From Spirochaetia bacterium (lineage in GTDB: Bacteria; Spirochaetota; Spirochaetia; SZUA-6; Bin103): 64,000 bases of DNA. Of the stretch, positions 28,660 to 38,210 are shown one piece after another (positions within the stretch are counted from its first letter, which is position 1; every line of letters begins with the position of its first letter). Location of the stretch: positions 2,080,001 through 2,144,000 of the forward strand of contig CBDAOI010000004.1 of NCBI GenBank assembly GCA_965198005.1, written 5' to 3'. The notes under the pieces are model-generated. The model saw nothing but the letters and a program-made list of their open reading frames with translations, made no database searches and was not told the DNA's origin. The position numbers and the translations under genes were made by a program.

Positions 28660-30327
28660 GTGTCACCTGACCGTGGCCCGGCGGCGCCCCGCACCGGCCG
28701 GCGCCGGCGGGTGCAGGTGGCGTGGGCGGCGCTGTGGCTGAGTGCCGGCGCCGTGGTGGCCGGGCCGGCACTGGCCCGGGCCGCGCCCGCGGGGGCCGAT
28801 CCCGCGTCTCTGATCTCCCAGGCCCAGGACGAGCTGGCGACCGGGGCGTACGGCAATGTCATTGCCATCCTCGACCAGATGCGGGTCCACCATGCCGATT
28901 CGCCGGTACTGCCCGAAGCGCTGCTGCTGGCCGCGCTGGCGGCGGTGGGACGGGATGACCGGCTTCAGGAACGGCTCCTGCTGGAGCAGGCGTCGGCCGC
29001 CGCGCGCCGGCTGGCGGACTCCGCCGTGCTGTCGCCCGCGGCCGCCGGCCGGTACCAGGTAACCGCGGCCCGCCGGCTGGGGGTTTCGCTGGAGCAGACC
29101 CGTGACTACGACCGGGCACTCGGCCATTACGAGCAGGCAATCGAGCTGCTGGTAACCCGCTCCCGCAAACCGCCGCGGCCGGGGTCGGCCGCCGCGCGCG
29201 AGCTGAGCGGGCTGCGGCTGGCCGCGGCGCGGCTCGCCCACCGGCATGGCGCGGGCCTGCCCGGCGACGGCGAACGCTACTTCGATCAGGTAGAGCCGTC
29301 CGAGTTGGGCGCCGCCGACCTGGCCGCCTACCGCCCGCTTGCGCGCGACCTGATGTGGCGCTACTTCCCGCCCGACCGCTTGGGAATGGACGCCACCAAC
29401 GTCTCCGCGCTTGCCACCGACGGCGATGACCTGTGGGTGGGGGGGTGGCTTGGCGGCCTGGTGCGCTACGCCGAGCCGACCGGTCGCCTGCGGGTGTTCC
29501 GGGAACCGCCGGATTCGCTCGCCGCCCACAGCGTGCGGGACATCGTACGGATCGGGGGGCACATCTGGGTGGCGACCAACCGCGGGCTGTCGGTCTATGC
29601 GCGCGCCAGCGACCACTGGCATCATGAGCCGCCGTTCGGTGGCGGGCCGGAGCCCAATCGGGTGTCCGCCATCGCCGCGGCCGGCAAGGCGGTATACGTC
29701 GGTACTCTCGGCCAGGGACTGTGGCGCCGCGACGCCCGCGGCTGGAGCACCGTCGGCGCCGGCGATCTTCCGGGACCGTTCATCAGCGCCTTGCAGATCG
29801 GGGGGGACAGCCTGTGGATCGGGACGCTCGACCTGGGACTGCTGCAACTCGACTTGGCGACCGGCACGGTGCGCAGCTTCGACGAGATCAACCCCGACCT
29901 CGGACGGCAGAACGTCACCACCATCGTTCCGGGACCCGACGCGTCGCTGTGGGTCGGAACGTTCGGCGCCGGGCTGTTCCGATGGGAACCGAACCGCAGC
30001 GTCGTCACCCACTATTCCGTCGCCACCGGCGACCTGCCCGACGACTGGGTTCTGGACGGTGCCGCCGGTGAGGCCGGCATCTACTTCGGGACCTTCGGCG
30101 GCGGGGTGGTGCGCTACGCGCCCACCGCGAGCGGAGCCGGGGAGTGGCTGAACATCGGGCTGGCCCAGGGACTGCCGTCGCTGGACGTGTCGGTGGTCAC
30201 CGCGGCCGGCGGCCAGGTCTACTTCGGAACCCTGGGCGCGGGGGTGGCGGTAATCTCGGAACGGCGCGGCATTCACGGCTTGGCGCCGCGGGAGTCGGTC
30301 GGGTGGCGCGGGCTTCCCGGACGGTAG
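28660..30327 (+). CDS. Secreted TPR + beta-propeller (regulator-propeller-like) protein
   Basis: Arg-rich signal peptide, TPR-like helices, then seven W/Y-x-G-T-x-G-x-G-L/V blade repeats. Start re-picked at GTG 28660. Confidence 0.7.
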   Translation: MSPDRGPAAPRTGRRRRVQVAWAALWLSAGAVVAGPALARAAPAGADPASLISQAQDELATGAYGNVIAILDQMRVHHADSPVLPEALLLAALAAVGRDDRLQERLLLEQASAAARRLADSAVLSPAAAGRYQVTAARRLGVSLEQTRDYDRALGHYEQAIELLVTRSRKPPRPGSAAARELSGLRLAAARLAHRHGAGLPGDGERYFDQVEPSELGAADLAAYRPLARDLMWRYFPPDRLGMDATNVSALATDGDDLWVGGWLGGLVRYAEPTGRLRVFREPPDSLAAHSVRDIVRIGGHIWVATNRGLSVYARASDHWHHEPPFGGGPEPNRVSAIAAAGKAVYVGTLGQGLWRRDARGWSTVGAGDLPGPFISALQIGGDSLWIGTLDLGLLQLDLATGTVRSFDEINPDLGRQNVTTIVPGPDASLWVGTFGAGLFRWEPNRSVVTHYSVATGDLPDDWVLDGAAGEAGIYFGTFGGGVVRYAPTASGAGEWLNIGLAQGLPSLDVSVVTAAGGQVYFGTLGAGVAVISERRGIHGLAPRESVGWRGLPGR

Positions 30328-30361
30328 GCGCAATGGACCGGCATCGACGCCGGACTGGGGT

Positions 30362-31627
30362 GTGCCCCTGATCGGTCTGTTCAACCGGCACGTCGCCGGG
30401 GAGCTGCTGTTCTCCGTTCTGATCGCGTTTCTGTTTTTCTTCGTCGTGTTCTTCATCAACGTGCTGCTGGTGACCGCCGACGACATTCTGTCCAGACAGG
30501 TGCCGTTCGCAGACGCGGTACGGCTGATTACCTACGCACTGCCCCAGATCCTGGCGCTGGCGTTTCCCTTCGCGACCCTGCTCGGCGCCCAGATAAGTCT
30601 GGGACGGCTCAGCGCCGATCGCGAGCTGCTGGCCGCGCAGGCGTGCGGCATGCCGCTGCCGCGTGTGTTCGCCCCGCTGGTGGCGATCGGGGTGTTGCTG
30701 TCGGGCCTGTCGTTCGCGACCAACGATCTCCTGTTGCCGGCCGGAACCATCGAGTTCAACCGCCTGTACCGGCGCATCCTGTTCCAGCATCCCGCGGTCG
30801 AGCTGGCTCCCAACTCGGTGCACCGGTTCGAGGACGTGGCGATCGTCACCGGCGACCTGATCGGCGACGAACTGCAGGACGTGACGATCATCGATCGGAT
30901 CCGGGGCGGCGAGAAACGCGTAATTGCCGCGCGCACCCTGCGCCTCGCTGCCAGCGAACGCCAACCGGGCGTATTGTCGTTGCGTCTCGGCGGCGTGTTT
31001 ACCCACTCGGTGGAGGCCGCCAGCGACGACTTCGAGTATGCGCAGGCCGACGGCATGGAGTACAACATCGCGCTGCCGGACATCGACGACAGCAGCATCG
31101 GCCCCAACGAGCAGAGCTCGGTGGACGTCTGGCGGGAGATAGCCGCGCGCCGCGCCGAACGGGAGCAACGGCAGCGACAGCTCGCCGCCGGCTTGGCGCA
31201 CGCGCTGCTGTTCGACCTGGTGGCCGCGGTCGAGCGGCTGGCGGGAACGCCGGCCGGGCAGCGGCCGCGGGCGCTGGTCGAGGAGCGGCTGCTGCTGGAT
31301 CGGCAGTATCGAGCCCTGGCCGAGGAAGTGGAGAACGCACCGTACGAGCCGGTGCGGAACCATCTGTTCGAGTTTCACAAGAAGTTCGCCGTGCCGGCGG
31401 CGTGCCTGGTGTTCATGCTGTTCGCGCTGGCCGCCGGGGTGGTGGCGCCGCACAGCGGGCGTACCTACGGCCTGGTGGTGGGGATGGCGATGGCCGTAGT
31501 CTACTGGGGATTGCTGGTCTCGGCCCACGGGGTCGGGGAACGCACCCTGCATCCGGCGCTGGCGATCTGGATGCCCAACCTGGCGGTGCTGGCAATCGCC
31601 GGCACGCTGTACGCGGTGCGGCGATGA
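30362..31627 (+). CDS. lptF: LptF/LptG family permease (LptF-like)
   Basis: LPQILALAFPFATL, GRLSADRELLA, EFHKKFAVP, WMPNL. Confidence 0.85.
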   Translation: MPLIGLFNRHVAGELLFSVLIAFLFFFVVFFINVLLVTADDILSRQVPFADAVRLITYALPQILALAFPFATLLGAQISLGRLSADRELLAAQACGMPLPRVFAPLVAIGVLLSGLSFATNDLLLPAGTIEFNRLYRRILFQHPAVELAPNSVHRFEDVAIVTGDLIGDELQDVTIIDRIRGGEKRVIAARTLRLAASERQPGVLSLRLGGVFTHSVEAASDDFEYAQADGMEYNIALPDIDDSSIGPNEQSSVDVWREIAARRAEREQRQRQLAAGLAHALLFDLVAAVERLAGTPAGQRPRALVEERLLLDRQYRALAEEVENAPYEPVRNHLFEFHKKFAVPAACLVFMLFALAAGVVAPHSGRTYGLVVGMAMAVVYWGLLVSAHGVGERTLHPALAIWMPNLAVLAIAGTLYAVRR

Positions 31628-32703
31628 CCCGGCTGCAACGCATGATCCTGAGTGCGGTACTGCCGGCGTTCGGCAGTGCGGTGGTGTTTCTGGCGCTGAT
31701 CATCGAGCTCGCGGACATCTTCCCGAACCTGTTCCGGTATCTCGATCACGGCGTGGGGTTCGTGGTGATCGCGCGGATCGCGCTGCTCTATCTTCCGCAG
31801 TGCGTGGTGTTTTCGGTGCCGATTGCGCTGTTGTTCGCCATTGCCTACGGGCTGGGCACGTTCTACGTTCGCAACGAGCTGATGGCGATGTTCGGCTCCG
31901 GCGTCAGCCTCCGGCGGCTGGTGCTCCCGCTGGTCGCGCTGGGCGCGCTGTTGAGCGCCGCGCTGTTTCTGTTCGAGAATGAGGTGGCGATTCACACGTT
32001 GCGCATGAAGAACCAGTTGTACCGTACCGCGCTCGACATCCGCATCCGGCTCGATGACGCCAACGTGGCGGTGGCCACGCCGGACCGGCGGACGATTACC
32101 CACGCCGACTTCTATGACGACGAGCGGGTCGAGCTGTCGCGGGTGCTGCTGCTCGAGCGTGCCGCGGGCGGCCGGGTGACGGCTCGGATCGATGCCGAGC
32201 GGGCGCGCTGGGACGGCAGCCGCTGGATCCTCGAACACGTACGGCGGTTCACCTGGGACGACGACGGGCACGGGATCAACCAGGAGCGCTTCGACCGCTA
32301 CCCGGACCCCGGGCTGCTCGATGAGCCGGACGTGTTCCGGCGCGAGCAGCGTGACGTGAACGAGATGCAATACCGTCACGCGCTGGAGTGGGTCCAGGCG
32401 GTACGGGCCGCGGGGGGAGAGTACCGCGCCGCGCTGGCCAGGACCTACGGCAAGATCAGCTTTGCGTTTACGCCGCTGCTGGTAACGATAATCGCAGCCG
32501 CGGTCGGCGGTCTGCTGCGCAAGAACGTGCTGTTGCTGAGCGTGCTGGCGGCGCTCGGACTGGCCGTGGTGTTCTTCGTGCTGCGCATGGTGGGGGAGAC
32601 CCTGGCCCGCGTCGGCGTGGTGTCGCCCCCGGTCGGGGCATTCGCGGGGGTCGCGCTGTTCCTGGCAGTCGGCCTGGTCCTGCTGCAAGCGGCGCGCACC
32701 TGA
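31624..32703 (+). CDS. lptG: LptF/LptG family permease (LptG-like)
   Basis: PIALLFA, NELMAMFGSGVSL..L..P, periplasmic beta region, KISFAF. ATGA overlap with lptF. Confidence 0.85.
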   Translation: MTRLQRMILSAVLPAFGSAVVFLALIIELADIFPNLFRYLDHGVGFVVIARIALLYLPQCVVFSVPIALLFAIAYGLGTFYVRNELMAMFGSGVSLRRLVLPLVALGALLSAALFLFENEVAIHTLRMKNQLYRTALDIRIRLDDANVAVATPDRRTITHADFYDDERVELSRVLLLERAAGGRVTARIDAERARWDGSRWILEHVRRFTWDDDGHGINQERFDRYPDPGLLDEPDVFRREQRDVNEMQYRHALEWVQAVRAAGGEYRAALARTYGKISFAFTPLLVTIIAAAVGGLLRKNVLLLSVLAALGLAVVFFVLRMVGETLARVGVVSPPVGAFAGVALFLAVGLVLLQAART

Positions 32704-32714
32704 AACCGATTGCC

Positions 32715-33857
32715 ATGCAGTTCACGGTTGACCGCACCGACCCGTCCAGCCGCGCGCGCACCGCCCGCCTGGTGCTGAACCACGGTGCCGTGCGGACGCC
32801 GGTGTTCATGCCGGTGGCCACCCAGGCGTCGGTCAAGGCGGTCTGGCCGGAGGATCTCGAGGCCCTCGGCTACAACCTGATCCTGGGCAACTCCTACCAC
32901 CTGCTGCTGCGTCCCGGCATGGACCGTATTCGCCGCGCGGGCGGACTGCATCGCTTCATGAGCTGGGACGGAAACATCCTCACCGACTCGGGCGGCTTTC
33001 AACTGTTCTCGCTCGCCACGCTGCGCCAGGTGCGGGCGGACGGCGTCCACTTTCGGTCTCACCTGGACGGCGCGCCGGTGTTTCTGACGCCGGCCGACGT
33101 GGTCGGCAACCAGCTCACTCTGGGCAGCGACATCCTCATGCCGCTGGACGTCTGTACCGCGCCCACCGTCGATCGCGGAGAAGCCGAGCGGGCGGTGGAG
33201 CTGACCTGGCGCTGGGCCGCGGCCGGCAGCGCGGCCTGGCGGGATGCCCTCCGAACGGACGCGATCCCACCGCTAGGGGCCCTGTTCGGCATTGTCCAGG
33301 GTCAGTTTCATCGCGACTTGCGCGCGCTGTCGGCAGAGCAGCTCATTGCACTGGACTTGCCGGGCTATGCGGCCGGTGGTCTTTCGGTCGGCGAGAGCCG
33401 CAGCCGGTTTCTCGAATTCCTGGCGCTGACGCTGGAGTTGCTGCCCGCGGACCGGCCCCGTTACGTGATGGGCATCGGCAGCCCGGACTACCTGCTCGAG
33501 GCGGTGGCCGCCGGCGCGGACATGTTCGATTGCGTATATCCGACGCGGGTGGCCCGCAACGCGCAGGCCCTGACCCGCCGGGGGCCGGTCTCGCTGCGCG
33601 CCGCGGCGGTCGCCGACAGCGACGACCCGCTGGACGGTGCATGCCGCTGCCGGGTGTGCGCGCGCTACGCCCGCGGCTACCTGCGGCACCTGTTCAACCA
33701 GCGCGAGATCATGGCTGCCGTGCTCACTACCTACCACAACCTGGCCTTCATGGCGGAGCTGGTGGCGGACACCCGGCGCGCCATACGCAGCGGTACGTTC
33801 GGGTCGTTCCGGGACCGATTTCTGGCGGCCTACTGCGCACGGGACGACGGTGGCTGA
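32715..33857 (+). CDS. tgt: tRNA-guanine(34) transglycosylase
   Basis: TPVFMPVAT, TDSGGFQ, LDVC, GGLSVGE, DMFDCVYPTR, Zn site CRCRVC...HNL. Confidence 0.96.
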   Translation: MQFTVDRTDPSSRARTARLVLNHGAVRTPVFMPVATQASVKAVWPEDLEALGYNLILGNSYHLLLRPGMDRIRRAGGLHRFMSWDGNILTDSGGFQLFSLATLRQVRADGVHFRSHLDGAPVFLTPADVVGNQLTLGSDILMPLDVCTAPTVDRGEAERAVELTWRWAAAGSAAWRDALRTDAIPPLGALFGIVQGQFHRDLRALSAEQLIALDLPGYAAGGLSVGESRSRFLEFLALTLELLPADRPRYVMGIGSPDYLLEAVAAGADMFDCVYPTRVARNAQALTRRGPVSLRAAAVADSDDPLDGACRCRVCARYARGYLRHLFNQREIMAAVLTTYHNLAFMAELVADTRRAIRSGTFGSFRDRFLAAYCARDDGG

Positions 33858-35436
33858 GCACCCCGAGTCGGGAGGCGGCCCCCGGCGCGCCGCGTTCCTG
33901 CTGATGCTGTGCACCACCGGATCGCGGCTGCTCGGGTTCGTGCGGGTGGCGGTGATCGGTGCCGTATTCGGGGCCTCGGGCACCGCCGACGTCCTCAACG
34001 CCGTGTTCATGATTCCCAACAATCTGCGCAAGCTGTTGGCCGAAGGTGCGTTCTCGTCCGCCATGATTCCCGAGCTGGCGCGTACGCTGGAGACCGCACC
34101 GGATGCGCCGTCGGGCGGTGACGCGCGCTCCCTGGTGCGGCGTCTGGTGACCCTGTTGCTGCTGGTCGTGGTGCCGGTGGTGGTGCTGGCGGTGGTGCTG
34201 GCCGGGCCGGTGGTCGAGCTGGTGCTGGAGTTCCCGGAACCGTGGAAGATGGCGCTGGCGGCGGAACTGTTCCGGGCCGTGTTTCCCTACCTGCTGCTGG
34301 TGAGCCTGGGCGCGGTGCTCATGGCCACGCTCAACTGCCACGAGGTGTTCGTGATGCCCGCGCTGGCGCCGCTGTTGTTCTCGGTCAGCGTGGTCGCCGC
34401 GATCCTGCTGTTCCACCGCCAGTGGGGGCTGCTGGCCGCCGGGGTGGGAATCCTGGCCGGCGGGATCGGCGGCGTCCTGGGGCAGCTGCCGGTGTTCTTG
34501 CGCCGCGGCTACGATCTGCGACCCGACTTCCGCTGGTGGTCGGACCCGCGCGTGCGCCGCATCGTGCGCCAGTGGATACCGGTGGTGGCGTCCGCTTCGC
34601 TGTTTGCAATCGCGCAGCAGATAGCGTTGTTGCTCGCTTCGGGGTTGGAGGACGGCAGCGCCTCGGCGCTCGCCAACGCGCTCGTATTCTGGCAACTTCC
34701 GTTCGGGATTCTCTCGGCCTCGGTGGTCACCGCTCATTTCCCGCGCATGAGCCGGAATGCCGCAGCCGGCGACCGCGCCGCCTTGAGTGACACCTTCGTC
34801 GGCGGCCTGAAGCTGATTGTCGCGTTGCTGCTGCCACCGGCTCTGTTCTACCTGTTCTTCGGCAAACCGGTAATCCAGGTGGCGCTCGAACGGATGACCT
34901 TCGCCGCCGCGGGAACCGCGTTGGCCAGTCGCGTGCTCAGCGGCTACGCGCTCGGTCTGGTAAGCGTCGGCGTGTTCACCTTCGGGCAACGCTACTTCTT
35001 CGCCACCCGCGACTACCGCACACCCGCGCTGATCGCGCTGGTGGTGGTGGCGATCGACATTCCCCTGGCGCTGACCCTGAAGGAGACGCCGCTGCGCGTC
35101 GCCGGGCTGGCGGTGGCCAATTCCGTCGCCTTTTCGGTGGGCGCGGCCCTGCTGCTAGCTCTCGCGTGGCGCCGCATCAGGCCGCGGCAGCGCCGGTCGG
35201 ATAGGCGGCGGGCGTTGGTCTACGTCGGGCGGGTGGCCGCGGTCAACACCGCGCTCGCAGCGTTTCTCTGGCTCGCCGCCGCGCTTGCGCGCCCGTGGTG
35301 GCAGCCGGCCAGCACCTGGCGCAATCTTGCCCTGCTCGCCGTCGTCGGCACCATCGCCGCCGCCATCACCCTGGCCGGCTACCGCCGGTTGACCGTGACC
35401 GGCGGCTCCAAGCCCGGCGCGCGGCGCCGAACCTGA
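33850..35436 (+). CDS. murJ: Lipid II flippase MurJ (MviN)
   Basis: SRLLGFVR, IPNNLRKLLAEGAFSSA, QLPFGI, multiple TM helices. Start GTG 33850. Confidence 0.92.
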   Translation: MAEHPESGGGPRRAAFLLMLCTTGSRLLGFVRVAVIGAVFGASGTADVLNAVFMIPNNLRKLLAEGAFSSAMIPELARTLETAPDAPSGGDARSLVRRLVTLLLLVVVPVVVLAVVLAGPVVELVLEFPEPWKMALAAELFRAVFPYLLLVSLGAVLMATLNCHEVFVMPALAPLLFSVSVVAAILLFHRQWGLLAAGVGILAGGIGGVLGQLPVFLRRGYDLRPDFRWWSDPRVRRIVRQWIPVVASASLFAIAQQIALLLASGLEDGSASALANALVFWQLPFGILSASVVTAHFPRMSRNAAAGDRAALSDTFVGGLKLIVALLLPPALFYLFFGKPVIQVALERMTFAAAGTALASRVLSGYALGLVSVGVFTFGQRYFFATRDYRTPALIALVVVAIDIPLALTLKETPLRVAGLAVANSVAFSVGAALLLALAWRRIRPRQRRSDRRRALVYVGRVAAVNTALAAFLWLAAALARPWWQPASTWRNLALLAVVGTIAAAITLAGYRRLTVTGGSKPGARRRT

Positions 35437-35437
35437 A

Positions 35438-38137
35438 TCATGCGGTGACCGTTTCGAGCCCTGCCACTTTGCCAATGCGATCGATGCGATAGTGAAAGTC
35501 CTTTTTGTTGATCGTGAACTGGAGCTCGTCGTTGGTACGGTGATCCCACAATTCCGCCCCGAGCGGCGACAGATAGGAAATGACGTGCCGCTCCGGATTG
35601 GACTCCCAGGGCCCGAGAATGACATATTCCTCCGCCGCGTTGCTGTCGATATTGGTCAAGGTCACGCGGGTCCCGAACGAGATCCGCGAGGCGTTTACCT
35701 CTGACAGGTCGAAGATCTGAGCATTCTGCAGGTCCTCCTGGAGACGTGAGACGGCATTCTTCAAATGCTCCTGCTTCTCCAGTGCCGCCTTGTACTCGGC
35801 GTTCTCACGCAGGTCTCCCTGTTGCAGCGCCAACCCGATTTCCTTCGAATTCTCGGGAATATCCACCTCCAGAAGGTGACGCAGTTCCCGCTGTCGTTCC
35901 TCGTATCCCATGCGCGTTACCAGCAATCCCATTCGTACCGAGTGGTGTTCGGCTTCTTCCGCAAACTGATAGGCGGGGAACTTCTCCTTGATCCGCTGTC
36001 GGACGCGGATCTTGATAGACGGATCAAGCTCCTTGACATCCTCCACCAAAGTGTAGATCCGCGTGATCGACTCTTCGTTGGCGTCTGCGATGAAACTCGT
36101 GAGACGGGCTTCCTTGAACAGATAGTCGAAAATCTGACGATTCAGCTTACGATTGACCGCAACCTCGCGCTTGTTGCTGATGTCCCGGTAGGTCAGGTCG
36201 AGCAGATGAATCATTCCGATCATCACCTTCTCTTCCTTGACACTCTGACTCTTCAGCAAGCGACTGTCCACGTCGTTGCGCACCAGCCACACGAACGGCT
36301 GCCGATGGTCCCGATAGTCATCGACAATGCCGGAGATCAGATTGCCGATTACGTCCGCCTGTCCCGCCCCGTGCAGCTCGTCGATAAGGTGGCTCGCGGG
36401 CCGGAACAGGAAGACCCGGGCGAATACCTGCGGCCACGCCGGAATCTCCGCACGCACATGGCCCAGGAACTCTGCCGCCAAGCCGGCCGCTTCGAGCGTC
36501 TCGTATACCTGTTCGAAGTCCTCGATCTCGCCGAACAGAGGTTCGAACATCAGGCGTACCCCGGGGTCGAGAAAGGGATACCTGCGCATGAGGCGCTCGA
36601 CAATCAGGAAGCTCGCGAGCGTGTTCTCGATCTGCCCGGTCGAGGCTTTCAGAAACCCGGCGAAGTACTGGAACATCTCCGCCAGGTACTCGGAGTCGGG
36701 TTGGGCGTGACTCAGAAAGTCATCGAGAGTTTGAATGCGATCGAAGAACGTCGGGTCCGAGCGAAACTTGTTGAATGTCTTCTCCTCGAACGAAATCGGG
36801 CTGTCTCGGACCGTGTACTCCTCGGACTTTCCTCCGCGCGTGCCGAACGACGGGTCCGTCTTCAATATCCGACGGGCCGTGGTGCTCCATTTCGACCATT
36901 CGTTCTGGCTGAGAATGCGCGGGGTCAGCTCGGCCTTGACGCGCTTCATGTCGGCCGCATTACCCAAGCTCTTGATCACTATCCGCAAAGCCCACGCGGG
37001 GTCTTCCTTGACCCGTGCCGTGAGCTTGTGCCGCGGCACAGTCGCTCGCAGCACCCAGATATGTTCGTTGCCGAGGATGTTGAGCGCGCTCACCGCCATT
37101 TTCAGCGACATGCGATGGTTTCGTTTCTTGAGGAAATCAATGACGAACACATCGTCCTTGATCTCCTTTATCCGGCCTAGTCCCCACGACCGGTGGAATA
37201 CGTAGTTCCCGACGTCGAAGCTGATGTGCTTTTCGAAGTCGGAGATCGCATCATACACATTGCGCCATGACTGAGTGAGGTTGGAAATCTTGACGTACTC
37301 GTCGAGATGGCTATGGCCCGCGTAGCGCTTGGTGTAAGCCGCCACCAACTCGGACCGGGCTCCGTTGTTCTTCGGATCGTGACTCAAGATCCGCTTGAGA
37401 ATGACGATTGACGAATCCCAAGCTTCTCGTTCGCTGTAGTAGGGGTAGAGCGCCTCGAGCAGAGTGACCGCCCGAACTCCGCCCAGGGCACGAACCGCCT
37501 TGGCTTCGACCTGGAGCAATCCCTCGAGATCCTCGTGCTGAAACTCTATCACCTTGTCCCACATCAGCCTGACCTGAGAGAACTGGCGGCGATTTATGTA
37601 ACGATGAAGCGCCTTCTTGTGGTAGATCAAGGCGCCATCCAGGTCGCCCTCCTGATAGCGCTTCTCGGCCAGCGCCTTGACCGTGTCCGCGTCCTCGAAG
37701 TCGACCTTGATCAGCCGCTCCCAGACGTCGAACTGGCGCTCGGGCTCATCCTTCTTGGCGTAGGTGTCGGCCAGGGTACGGAGGGCGAACTTGTTTTCGC
37801 CGTAGCTCAGGATCCGTTCACACAGGTGTTGGACGATGTTCCAGCGCTCGTGTTCGATGAACATGTTGACCAGCACTATCAGATTGGAATCGTCCACCAA
37901 CCGCCTGCCGAGGGCGATGATGCCGGACAGATACAGGGCGATGATGCTGTCACGGCTCGCCTCGAGGTGACCGTCACACAAGCGCAGCACTTCGTTCTGA
38001 ACGCCCGCCTCGGTTACCTCTTCGATGGCCGCGTCCAGCAACTCGAAACTAGAAATGGAGTGCTCGGAGCGGGCCGCCCGGGTCCACTTTTCCTCGTTGA
38101 GGTATTCGTTGATACGACTCAGGATCTGCTCTGACAT
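35438..38137 (-). CDS. greA: Long (899-aa) spirochaete-type transcription elongation factor GreA
   Basis: C-terminal GDLRENAEYKAA, FGTRV, ILGPWES, ISYLSPLG. Preceded by about 740 aa of helical/TPR-like sequence. Confidence 0.9.
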   Translation of the reverse strand: MSEQILSRINEYLNEEKWTRAARSEHSISSFELLDAAIEEVTEAGVQNEVLRLCDGHLEASRDSIIALYLSGIIALGRRLVDDSNLIVLVNMFIEHERWNIVQHLCERILSYGENKFALRTLADTYAKKDEPERQFDVWERLIKVDFEDADTVKALAEKRYQEGDLDGALIYHKKALHRYINRRQFSQVRLMWDKVIEFQHEDLEGLLQVEAKAVRALGGVRAVTLLEALYPYYSEREAWDSSIVILKRILSHDPKNNGARSELVAAYTKRYAGHSHLDEYVKISNLTQSWRNVYDAISDFEKHISFDVGNYVFHRSWGLGRIKEIKDDVFVIDFLKKRNHRMSLKMAVSALNILGNEHIWVLRATVPRHKLTARVKEDPAWALRIVIKSLGNAADMKRVKAELTPRILSQNEWSKWSTTARRILKTDPSFGTRGGKSEEYTVRDSPISFEEKTFNKFRSDPTFFDRIQTLDDFLSHAQPDSEYLAEMFQYFAGFLKASTGQIENTLASFLIVERLMRRYPFLDPGVRLMFEPLFGEIEDFEQVYETLEAAGLAAEFLGHVRAEIPAWPQVFARVFLFRPASHLIDELHGAGQADVIGNLISGIVDDYRDHRQPFVWLVRNDVDSRLLKSQSVKEEKVMIGMIHLLDLTYRDISNKREVAVNRKLNRQIFDYLFKEARLTSFIADANEESITRIYTLVEDVKELDPSIKIRVRQRIKEKFPAYQFAEEAEHHSVRMGLLVTRMGYEERQRELRHLLEVDIPENSKEIGLALQQGDLRENAEYKAALEKQEHLKNAVSRLQEDLQNAQIFDLSEVNASRISFGTRVTLTNIDSNAAEEYVILGPWESNPERHVISYLSPLGAELWDHRTNDELQFTINKKDFHYRIDRIGKVAGLETVTA

Positions 38138-38210
38138 TTTTCCTCATTAACTCCCACGGATGTCCTCCACCAGTGACCTGGGGTCGCCAGGGTCGTCGCT
38201 GTGCGTAGTT

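Noticed and set aside
17432..33849. Apparent long N-terminal extensions or fusions in the ORF track (nusA from 17432, ribF from 22765, propeller gene from 28228, lptG from 30643, tgt from 32388, murJ from 33637)
   Set aside because: The extensions overlap upstream genes in another frame. Downstream starts with SD or stop/start overlaps fit family lengths.
35438..38137. Lower GC of greA as evidence of horizontal transfer
   Set aside because: The nusA, infB, rpsA and recA cores show a similar drop, consistent with amino-acid constraint. The gene is in its expected context with no mobility signs.
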